The notes under the pieces are model-generated. The model was not told the DNA's origin, did no database searches, and saw nothing but the letters and a program-made list of their open reading frames with translations. This document shows, piece after piece, positions 45,340-56,245 of a stretch of DNA of 64,000 bases; positions within the stretch are counted from its first letter, which is position 1; the number at the start of each line of letters is the position of its first letter. The translations under genes and the position numbers were made by a program. The DNA is from the human T2T-CHM13v2.0 reference genome, Homo sapiens. Where the stretch lies: the NCBI RefSeq assembly GCF_009914755.1, contig NC_060935.1; one strand, written 5' to 3'.

Positions 45340-47167
45340 TGTGTTAATCTTTTTTCACACTGCTATAAAGAACGGCCCGAGACTAGGTAATTTATAAAGA
45401 AAAGAAGTTTAATTGACTCAGTTCCATGTGGCTGGGGGAGGCCTCAGGAAACTTACAATCATGGCAGAAGTCAAAGCAGGCACCTTCTTCACAAGGTGGC
45501 AGGAGGGAGTGAGTGAATGAATGAAGGGGGAAGAGGCCCTTATAAAACCATAAGATCTTGGTCAGAAGCAATGGCTCACATCTGTAATCCCAGCACATTG
45601 GGAGGCTGAGGTGGGTGGATTACTTGAAGTCAAGAGTTCAAGACCAGCCTGGCCAACATAGTGAAACCCCATCTGTACTAAAAATACAAAAATTAGCTGG
45701 GTGTGGTGACATGCACCTGTAATCCCAGCTACTCCAGAGGCTGAGACATGAGAATCGCTTGAACCTGGGAGGTGGATGTCACAGCGAGCCAAGATTGAGC
45801 CACTGCACTACTGCCTGGGTGACAGAGCAAGATCCCACCTCATAAATAAGTAAATAAATGAAACCATCAGATCTCATGAGAACTCACTATCACGAGAACA
45901 GCATGGGGGAAACCACCCCCATGATTCAGTTACCACCACCTGGACTCTACCTTGACACATGGGGATTATGAGGTTTATAATTCAAGATGAAATTTGGGTG
46001 GGAACACAAAGCCTAACCATTCCACCCCTGGCCCCTCCCAAATATCATGTCCTCACTTTTCAAAACACAATCAAGCCTTTCCAACAGCCCCCCAAAGTCT
46101 CATCTGAGATAAGGCAAGTCCCTGCTGCCTATGAGCCTGTAAAATCAAAAGCAAGTTAGTTATTTCATAGATGCAATAAGGGTATAGGCATTGGGTAAAT
46201 ACACCGATTTCCATTGGGAGAAATTGGCCAAAATGAAGGGGCTACAGGCCCCATGCAAGTCTGAAATCCAGCAGGGCAGCTAAATCTTAAAGTTCTGAAG
46301 TGATCTCCTTTGACTCCATGTCTCACATTCAGGTCACACTGGTGCAAGAGGTGGGCTCCCAGGGCCTTGAGCAGCTCTGCCCCTGTGGCTTTGCAGGGTA
46401 CAGCTCCCTTCCCAGCTGATTTCACAGGCTGGCATTGAGTGTCTATGGCTTTTTTAGGTACATGGTGTAAGCTGTCAGTGGATCTACCATTCTGGGGTCT
46501 GGAGGAAGGTAGCCCTCTTATCACAGCTCCTCTAGGCAGTGCCCCAATGGGGACTCAGTGTGGGCATTTCCCTTCCACACTGCCCTAGCAGAGGTGCTCC
46601 AGGCTCCACCGCTGCAGCAGACTTCTGCCTGGACATCCCGGCATTTGCATACATTCTGTGTAATCTAGGTGAAGGTTCCCAACCCTCATTTCTTCACTTC
46701 TGTGCACCTACAGGCCCAATACCACATGTAAGCCACCAAGGCTTGGGGCTCGTACTCTCTGAAACAATGGCCTGATCTGTACATTGGCCCCTTTTAGCCA
46801 CGGCTGGGGTGTGGGCACCAAGAGACTTCACAAAGCAGCAAGGCCCTGGGCCCAGCCCACGAAACCATTTTCTCCTCCTAGCTTTCTGGGCCTGCAGTGG
46901 GAGGGCTTGCTGTGAAGACTTCTGACATGCCGTGAAGACATTTTCCCCATTGTCTTGGCAATTAACATTTGGCTCCTTATTACTTATGCAAATTTCTGCA
47001 GCTGAGTTTTTGTTTTCTATTGCTCCGTCAGACTGGAAATTTTCCAAACATTTATGCTCTGCTTTCCTTTTAAACATAAGTTCCAATTCCAGACCATCTC
47101 TTTGTGAATTATGGGGATTATAATTCAAGATGAGATTTGGGTGGGGACACAAAGCCTAATGATGTCA
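45340..47167 (-). mobile_element. MaLR retrotransposon (MSTA/THE1D-like): LTR plus internal region plus partial LTR, inserted in L1PA ORF2
   Basis: cacactgctataaag...aggaaacttacaatcatggc; ataattcaagatga.atttgggtggg.acacaaagccta occurs twice (about 45978 and 47120). L1 reads ggctccatccc | gagatgcaagg across it. Confidence 0.87.
45560..45860 (+). mobile_element. AluS inserted in the MaLR LTR
   Basis: Dimer; TSD aaaccat(a/c)agatct. Confidence 0.88.
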
Positions 47168-48239
47168 CCCGAGATGCAAGGGTGGTTCAGCGTAGGCAAA
47201 TCAATAAATGTGATTCTTCACATAAACAGAACTAAAGACAAAAACCATATGATTATCTCAATAGATGCAGAAATGGCCTTCGATAAAATTCAGCACCCCT
47301 TCATGTTGAAAACTCTCAATAAACTAGATATTGAAGGAACATACCTCAAAATAATAAGAGCCATATATATGACAGACCCACAGCCAATACCATTCTGAAT
47401 GGGCAAAAGCTGGAAGCATTCCCCTTGAAAATAGGCACAAGACAAGGATGCCCTCTCTCACCACTCCTATTCGCCATAGTATTGGAAGTTCTAGCCAGGG
47501 CAGTCAGGCAAGAGAAAGAAATAAAGGGTATTCAAATAGGAAGAGAGGAACTCAAACTGTCTTTGTTTGCAGATGACATGATTCTATATCTAGAAAACCC
47601 CATTGTCCCAGCCCAAAAGCTTATTAATCTGATAAGCAGCTTCAGCAAAATCTCAGGATACAAAATCATTGTACAAAAATCACTAGCATTCCTATACACC
47701 AGTAGCAGGTAACCAGAGAGCCAAATCATGAATGAACTCCCATTCACAATTGACAAAAAAAGAATAAAATAGGAATATGGGCTAACAAGGGAAGGCAGGA
47801 TCTCTTCAAGGAGAACTACAAACCACTGCTCAAAGAAATCAGAGATGACCCAAACAAATGGAAAAACATTGCATGCTCATGGATGGGAAGAATGAATATC
47901 ATTAAAATGGCTGTACTGCCCAAAGCAATTTATAGATTCAATTCTATTCCCATTAAACTACCATTGACATTCTTCACAGAATTAGAAAAAACTATTTTAA
48001 AATTCATATGGAACCAAAACCATTTAAAATTCATATGGAACCTGAATATTCATGACAATTCTAAGCAAAAAGAAAAAAGCTGGAGACATCACACTACCTG
48101 ACTTCAAACTATACTACAATGCTACTTGTAACCAAAACAGCCTGATATTGATACAAGAACAGACAGACCAATGGAACAGAATAGAGAATCCAGAAATAAG
48201 ACCACATACCTACAACCATATGATCTTAGATAAACCTGA

Positions 48240-48347
<108 letters not shown>

Positions 48348-51300
48348 TAAAATCAACTCAAGATGAATTAAAGACTTAAATGTAAAACCCAAAATTATAA
48401 AAACCCTAGAAGAAAATCTAGGCAATACCATTCAGGACCATAGGCATGGGCAAAGATTTCATGACGAAGATGTCAAAAGCAATTGCACCAAAAGTAAAAT
48501 TGATGAATTGGATCTAATTAAACTAAAGAGCTTCTGCACAGCAAAAGAAACTGTCATCAGAGTGAACAGACAACCTATGGAATGGGAGAAAAATTTTTGC
48601 AATCTATCCATCTGACAAAGGTCTAACATTCAGCATCTACAAGGAACTTAAACAAATTTACAAGAAAACAAAAGCCACCCCAGTAAAAAGTGGACAAAGG
48701 ATGAATAGACACTTCTCAAAAGAAGACATACATGTGGCCAACCAGCATATGAAAAAGAGCTTGACGTTACTGATCATTAGAGAAATGCAAATCAAAACCA
48801 TAATGAGATACCATCTCACACCAGTCAGAATGGCTATTATTAAAAAGTCAAAAAACAACAGATGCTGGCAAGGTTGTGGAGAAAAAGGAACACTTCTACA
48901 TTGTTGGTGGGAGTGCAAATTAGTTCAACCATTGTGGAAGACAGTGTGGTGATTCCTCAAAAACCTAGAAGCAGAAATACCATTTGACCCAGCAATCTCA
49001 TTACTAGGTATATACACAAAGGAATATATATCATTCCCTTATAAAAATACACGCACATGTGTGTTCATTGCAGCACTGTTCACAATAGCAAAGACATGGA
49101 ACCAATCTAAATGCCATTCAGTGATAGACCGAATAAAGAAAATGTGGTACGTATACCCCCATGGAATACTATGCAGTCATTAAAAGGAACAAGATTATGT
49201 CCTTTGCAGGGGCATGGATGGAGCTGGAAGCCATCATTCTCAGCAAACTAATGCAGGAACAGAAAACCAAACATCACATATTCTCATTTATAAAGTGGGA
49301 GCCGAATGATGAGAACTCATGGACACATGTGGGGAAACTGGGGAAACAACACACACTGGGGCCTGCAGGAGAATGGGGGTGGGAGGAGGGAGACCATCAG
49401 GAAAAATAGCTAATGGATGCTGGGCTTAATACCTAGGTGATGGGATGATCTGTGCAGCAAACCACCATGACACAGGTTTAGCTATGTAACCTGCACATCC
49501 TGCGCATGTACCCCTGAACTTAAAAGTTAGAAAAAGGTAAAAATTAAAGAAAACCTGTACATCAAAACTTACTGAATGTAATGAAAGCAGCGCTCAGAGG
49601 GAAATTTATAGCTGTAAAAGCCTACATTATAAAAGATCTAAGACTAAACACACAGAGTAGACTAAACACAGAAAACAAAAGGAAAGAAATAATAAAGATT
49701 ACATTTAAGATTAACAGAGAATAGGAAAACAGTAGAATGAATGAAACCCAAAAGTTGGGTCCTTTGGTAAGATCAACAAAATTGACAAATTTTTAACGAC
49801 TGGTCAAGAAAAAAAGAGAAGACTCAAATTACCAAAATTAGGAAGAAAAATGATGACATTACTGTTATTACAGAATTAAGAAGGATTATAGACAAATACT
49901 ATGAACAATTTTAATGCCAACAGATTAGATAATTTAGATGAAATGTACCAGTTCCTAGAGTGAATGTAATGAAATGCACCAATTCCTAGAAACTCGTAAA
50001 GTACCTGAGGAAGTTGAAAATCTGAATTGACCTATATCAAGTAAAGAGGTTGAACCCATAATAAAAAAAAAAAATCCAACAATAAAAGCCGAGGGCCAGT
50101 GGCTTCACTGGTGATTCTATCAAACAACTAAAGAAGAATTAATGTGAATCCTCACACTCTCCCAAAAATTAAAAGAATAAATATTCTATGAGGTAAGCAT
50201 TACCCTGATACCAAAGTCAGACACATATTTCATAAGAAAAGTAGAGGCCAAGATCTCTTCGGAATATAGATAAAAATTCTTCAGCAAAAATACTAGCCAA
50301 CAAAATCCAGCAGCATTTTTTTAAAAGAATTATATACCATGACCAAGCAGGATTTATTCCAAGAATGCAAAGGTGTTTCAGCATACGAAGATCAATGTAA
50401 TGTACCATTTTAGTAGAATGAAGGGGAAAAAAGCTCAGTAGACACGCACAAAAAGTGACAAAATCTTATACCCTTTCATGAGAAAAATGCTCAACATGTA
50501 GGAAAATAAGAGAACTTCAGTCTTATAAAAGGAATCTATAAAAAACCCACAGCAACATCATACTCAGTGGTGAAAGAGAAAACTTTCCTCCCAGTAGCAG
50601 GAACAAGATAAATGATGTCTACTGTTGCCACTTCTGTTCAACATTGTACTGGAAATTCTAGCCAGAAGAATTGGGCAAGAAAAATAAAAGGCATCCAGAT
50701 GGCAAAGGAAGAAGTAAGACTATCTCTGTTTACACATGACATGTTAATCACAAAAAATCCTAAAAAATCCATGAAATAATTGTTAAAGCTAATAGACAAA
50801 TTTTAGCAAAGTTGCAAGATACAAGCTCACCACACAAAAATCAGTTGCATTTCTATACACTAGCAGTGAACAACCCAAAAAGGTAACTATGAAAACAATT
50901 CAGTTTACAATAGCATCAAAAAATAGAATACTTATGAATAAATTTAACCGCAGTAGTGCAAGACTTGTATGCTGAAAACTACAAAACGTTGCTGAAAGAA
51001 ATTAAAGAAGATCTAACTAAGCAAAAGACTTCCTGTGCTCATGGATTAGAAGACATAATATTGTTAAGATGGCAATACTCTTGAAGTCGTTTTACAGATT
51101 TAGTGTAACATCTATTAAAATTCCAATGATCTTTTTTGCAGAAATGGACAAACATACCAAAACACATATATGAATTTTCAGAGGATCCCAAATAGTTAAA
51201 ACAATCTTGAAAAAAAAAAAAAAAGAACAAAGGTGGAAGACTCACAACTCCTGATTTCAAAACTTACTGCAAAGTATAGCAATCAAAACAATGTGGTACT

Positions 51301-54190
51301 GGAATAAGGGTAGACATGTAAATCCATGGAATAGAGTTGAGAGTCCAGAAATAAACCCATACATCCATGGTCAACTGATTTCCAACAAGGGTGCCAAGAC
51401 CATTCAGTGGGGAAAGAACAGCCACTTTACATATGGTGCTGGTATAACTGGATATCTACATGCAAAAGAATGAAGTTGGGCCCCAACCTCATACCACATA
51501 CAAAAATGAACTCCAGATGGATCAGAGACCTAAATGTAAGTGCTTAAACTATAAAACTCTTAGAAGAAAACAGTTGAGGAGTTCAGTTGTATAATAACTG
51601 ATCTCTTACAGCACTTATGCTACAGAGTGGTGGACTTCAGTGGCTAGACGCTCCTTTCAGTGAAGGTTGTCTTTTGATCAATCTGTCTCTAATGCTTTGC
51701 ACAGTTGGTGGTCAGTAAGAAGTCTGTTGGTCAAATATGAATAGGAGAGATAATGACAATTTCAGCTACACTGAAGTTTAGCAAAAAGATTTTAGATTGT
51801 CAGAATTTTTTTTTTTTTTTTTCTTCATTGCATGTTTGGTCACTGCAAGTGTGTTTCCTCCCTGGGCCTTTTCTTTTGCCAAAATGGAGTTTATGGGGCA
51901 TGTGAAGATGTTCTCCCCAGCTACAGGTAGTTGTCATTTGTGTATCTGATAACGTAGGCTTGAAAACAGTGACTTTCAATTTGACTGTTTTACACCTGAC
52001 AAAATGGATTTATAGCCTGTTTTTAAAAATTAAGTTATTTCTTAATTATGTAATATTTGGAACTTAAGGTCTAGATCCCGCCTCAGTTTGAATACCTCTA
52101 ACGGCCTGGAGCTCAGTGTCTTCCCAGGCAACTATCGGTGAACTGCTCTATTGAAAGTTAAAAAAGTCTTTCTCAGGTTGATCAGAAAATCTTTTCCTCT
52201 TGGTGTCTGCTTGTTTTGCCGATGGAATCACACCAAACAATTGATATATTTGAAGTAACAATGCTGTCTCTCTCAACAATGCTGTCTCCCTTTTTTCTAA
52301 CCCAAGGTATATATTATTTACCACAGCATTTTAATCTGCCATACAGTATACTTCTGGGTGGCTTATGCCACTGACAGTTTCTGTGACTTCTAGGGATGCA
52401 AATGAATATCAATATTTTTAAAAGTAAACTACCAATCAAGCTGACTTTTACACAGCTGCTTTTATAGGGGGATGTTGAAATTTTCCACCTGCTCCAAAAT
52501 GTATTTCCCACTAGATAGTACAACTTTCACATCTTTCATTTGGGTTAAATGTTGAGTTTCTTGGTAAAGTGCAAGCACGTGATACAGGCTGGCCACCTCT
52601 TTCTCCTATTAACACTATGTGGCCATAAGATATAGGATGGGAGGGTTTTGAATGGGAGGAATAACACAGAAATACTGGAATAGAAGCCCTTATGAGTGGG
52701 TAGGACATGCTACCCCCTCTACTTACTAGAGATGTAGGGAGAAGAGAGGCACCTTGGGAAGGTACCTTACCTCCTTTACAAGTTTTCTCCAAGCTAATGC
52801 TGGCATAGTAAAACTCTGAAAACAAGTCTTTTGCTACAAAAGAGTAGATATGATGCGTTCCATTCCAAAGCTAAATCGAATCATTTGAAGAAATAATTTC
52901 TGTTTGAGATCATCTGCATAACTATGTGTCCACCTTGACTTACGGCATATTCCTGTTTATCCTTTGAAATGAACATGCTACAGGAGGACTTTTCCAACCC
53001 AGATCTCACTTCATCCCAGGTTATGAAGAACTCTCTCCTTTATGCCGTTTCTGCTTCCTATGCATACTTTTTTTTGTTGTGCCCTTTCACTGTATTGTAT
53101 TTATTTGTCCACTGGACTCTGATTCCTTGAAGATCTAGACTGTGTCTCATTCTTCTCTGTATTCTCAGTGCCTGGATAATGGCCATCAGTGTCTGGCATA
53201 CATATAGTAAGTATATGATACATGCTTGGTGAACAGACATATATTTAGGCAAGAGTTGAGGAATGGGGAAACAAAGGCGAGTGAGAAATTAAGTGTCCCT
53301 ACTTGTTTCTGGGGCAGGTGACAGTCATCTGCACATAATTCTAACATAGATTCACATATGATCCTGGGACAACTGTTAATAGATACCCACATACAAAAGG
53401 ATAAAGTTGGACTCCAACTTCACACCATTTTGAGTTAAAAAATTTAACTCAAAATGGACCAAAGACCTAAACTTAAGAGTCAAAATGATAAAACTCTTAG
53501 AAGAAGACACTTGGGAAGTTTAGTTGCATACTAACTGCTGTCTTATGGTACTTACTATGCTATAGTGTAGTGGACTTCAGTATAGAATCCAAGTACTGTG
53601 GAGTTTGGTTTGGGTTATAAACTCAATGTCATAAAGACAAAAATCATGTGTTCTTTAAACCTCTGAAATCACTAGGATTTAGGCCTTTGAAAGCTCAAAT
53701 GTAATGGATTAAAGGAGAGACTACATTTAATTTTGACTCTGTACATAGAGATCTAATGCACTGCTGTGCATTTTTGTAAGTACTTCAATATTTGTGCTTG
53801 ATGTAGATTGAAGAGAGGTTTGGGTCTAATAAAAAGAAAAATCTGTTGGTTGTAAAGGTGATTTAACATTGTATCCACCCTATTAAGGATAGTGAAGTAT
53901 CTACATCTCTCTAAGCATGTTCAAAATAGCCACTGGTTCTGCCTCCTTTTGGCAGGGTCTAGTTTGGAAACAAAATCTTGAACCAAATATCCTCTCTGGA
54001 GCACTGTCTTTTGGCAGAATTTCTATTCAGAATGTATTTTGTTAATAAATTAACTCATTTTCTATTGTAGCTGCCCAAGGGAATTCTTTCCTGGTGAGTG
54101 GCTTAGAAAGCAAAAAGATATTGTCATCCTTTTTCCTTACCTATATATGGACTAATTTTGACTACTCGTTTTTTATTTATTCTTTTTTAG

Positions 54191-54290
54191 GAAGCTAAAC
54201 TCCAAGGTGGAAAGGAGTCAGAGCTGTAGTGACACAGCCCAGGAAAGAGCGAAGAGCAGAGTCAGAGCAGTTCCAGGCAACAAAGCCAAG
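54191..54290 (+). CDS. RNF169: RNF169 internal coding exon (exon 5), 100 nt: (G)KLNSKVERSQSCSDTAQERAKSRVRAVPGNKAK
   Basis: Long T-rich tract plus ag at 54189-54190, AAG|gtacac donor at 54291. Frame is continuous with exons 4 and 6. Confidence 0.93.
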
Positions 54291-54500
54291 GTACACCTCA
54301 GCCACAGACCTCCGGGGCTTGTGAGGCTTGCCCCATCACCCCCTCTGCACATGGTCATGAAATAAACTATTCCAGAAGAGAAGAAGCAGAATGAGCCCAG
54401 GCATACTAGTTATATTGGAGAAGTCCACAAACAGATGTGAAGGAAGAAAGTTTGAATTAGTAGCCAGATGGGTAGAATTAGGGCTACTAGAGAATCCCCC

Positions 54501-54797
54501 CTTCTTTTTTTTTAAGAGACAGAGTCTCACTCTGTTACCTAGGCTGGTGTGCAGTGGTGCAACCATAGCTCACTGAAGCCTCAGACTCCTGGGCTCAAGT
54601 AGCCTTTCTCACCTCAGCCTCCCAAGTAGCTGGGACTACAGGCACATGCCACCATACCTGGGGAATTTTTAAATTTTTTTGTAGAGATGGGATCTTGCTA
54701 TGTTTTCCAGGCTGGTCTCAAAGTAATACACCTGTCTCAGCTTCCCAAAATGCTGGGATTACAGCACTTTGGGAGGTATAAGCCACCATGCCTGGAC
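54501..54797 (-). mobile_element. AluJ in the last RNF169 intron
   Basis: Dimer with a small internal inverted duplication. Confidence 0.88.
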
Positions 54798-55060
54798 AAG
54801 AAACCTTTTTTAAAGCTTTAGATAAGTGTTTTTTCTCCCCTACAGATTTTCAGTTTTATGAATTGTTTGAAGTATATAGGATTTTCTGCTAAATGGTATG
54901 CTTTCTAAGTTAGGGATTTTCTCCATTTCTTAGGCTCACATTACCCTTCATCCCTTTTCTTGTCCTCCCCTTCCCTGTGCCTCCACCATCATAAAGGAAT
55001 GATGAAGGAAAATGTATATGTATGTGTGTATGAAGGCATAATCTTTTTAATCTCTTTCAG

Positions 55061-56245
55061 GTCACAACTATGACTCCAGCCTCCAACCCCATCATTGGTG
55101 TCCTCTTGTCAACTCAAAACAACCGCTGCGTCTCGGCCCCTGACTTAACCATCGAAAAGCGTCTACCCTTCAGCTCCCTTTCATCCTTGGCTTCCCTGCA
55201 TAAGCCAGAGCGTTCTGTCAGCCCTGAGAGCAATGACAGCATCTCCGAAGAACTAAACCATTTCAAGCCCATTGTCTGCTCACCATGTACTCCTCCCAAG
55301 AGACTCCCTGATGGCCGTGTGCTAAGTCCTCTCATCATCAAATCAACTCCACGCAACCTAAACAGAAGCCTGCAGAAGCAGACTTCTTATGAGGCCAGTC
55401 CACGGATCCTCAAAAAGTGGGAACAGATCTTTCAGGAGCGGCAGATCAAAAAGACCCTTTCAAAAGCCACTCTTACCTCTCTGGCTCCTGAAATGGGGGA
55501 AGAGTTACTAGGCTCTGAAGGTATCCATTCTAGCAAGGAGAAGCCACTTGTGGCTGTAAATACAAGATTATCTGGTGGGCAGGTCCTCTCTGAGTATACT
55601 GGACCCACCTCTGCTGATCTTGATCATTTCCCCTCTGTTAGCCAAACAAAAGCAGAACAGGACAGTGATAATAAAAGTAGCACTGAGATCCCACTGGAAA
55701 CCTGCTGTTCCTCAGAACTCAAAGGGGGAGGCAGTGGGACTTCTTTGGAGAGGGAGCAGTTTGAGGGGTTAGGGTCAACTCCAGATGCCAAGTTAGACAA
55801 AACCTGTATAAGCAGAGCCATGAAAATCACCACAGTTAATTCAGTGCTACCCCAAAACAGTGTTTTGGGTGGAGTCCTCAAAACAAAGCAACAATTGAAG
55901 ACATTAAATCATTTTGATCTGACTAATGGTGTTCTAGTTGAGAGCCTAAGTGAAGAGCCACTTCCTTCTTTGCGTCGAGGCCGGAAAAGACACTGCAAGA
56001 CCAAGCACTTAGAACAAAATGGCTCCCTTAAAAAACTGCGACAAACCAGTGGGGAGGTGGGTCTGGCCCCAACAGACCCAGTCCTGCGAGAGATGGAGCA
56101 GAAGCTTCAGCAAGAGGAAGAAGACCGACAGTTGGCTCTGCAGTTGCAGCGCATGTTCGACAATGAGAGGCGGACTGTGAGCCGGCGAAAAGGAAGTGTG
56201 GATCAGTATCTCCTACGGTCCAGCAACATGGCCGGGGCCAAGTAG
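55061..56245 (+). CDS. RNF169: RNF169 terminal coding exon (exon 6). Contains the C-terminal MIU ubiquitin-binding motif (QEEEDRQLALQLQ), the LR motif (RRKGSVDQYLLRS), a basic RGRKRHCKTK motif and RxxSP sites.
   Basis: tctctttcag acceptor ending 55060, then VTT followed by the 391-aa ORF from 55070 to TAG at 56243-56245. The MIU plus LR motif arrangement is diagnostic of RNF168/RNF169, and the sequence is recognised as RNF169. Confidence 0.97.
   Translation, partial: VTTMTPASNPIIGVLLSTQNNRCVSAPDLTIEKRLPFSSLSSLASLHKPERSVSPESNDSISEELNHFKPIVCSPCTPPKRLPDGRVLSPLIIKSTPRNLNRSLQKQTSYEASPRILKKWEQIFQERQIKKTLSKATLTSLAPEMGEELLGSEGIHSSKEKPLVAVNTRLSGGQVLSEYTGPTSADLDHFPSVSQTKAEQDSDNKSSTEIPLETCCSSELKGGGSGTSLEREQFEGLGSTPDAKLDKTCISRAMKITTVNSVLPQNSVLGGVLKTKQQLKTLNHFDLTNGVLVESLSEEPLPSLRRGRKRHCKTKHLEQNGSLKKLRQTSGEVGLAPTDPVLREMEQKLQQEEEDRQLALQLQRMFDNERRTVSRRKGSVDQYLLRSSNMAGAK

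Noticed and set aside
55070-56245. 391-aa ORF as a standalone gene
   Set aside because: The Met is internal. A splice acceptor at 55060 joins it in frame to upstream RNF169 exons.
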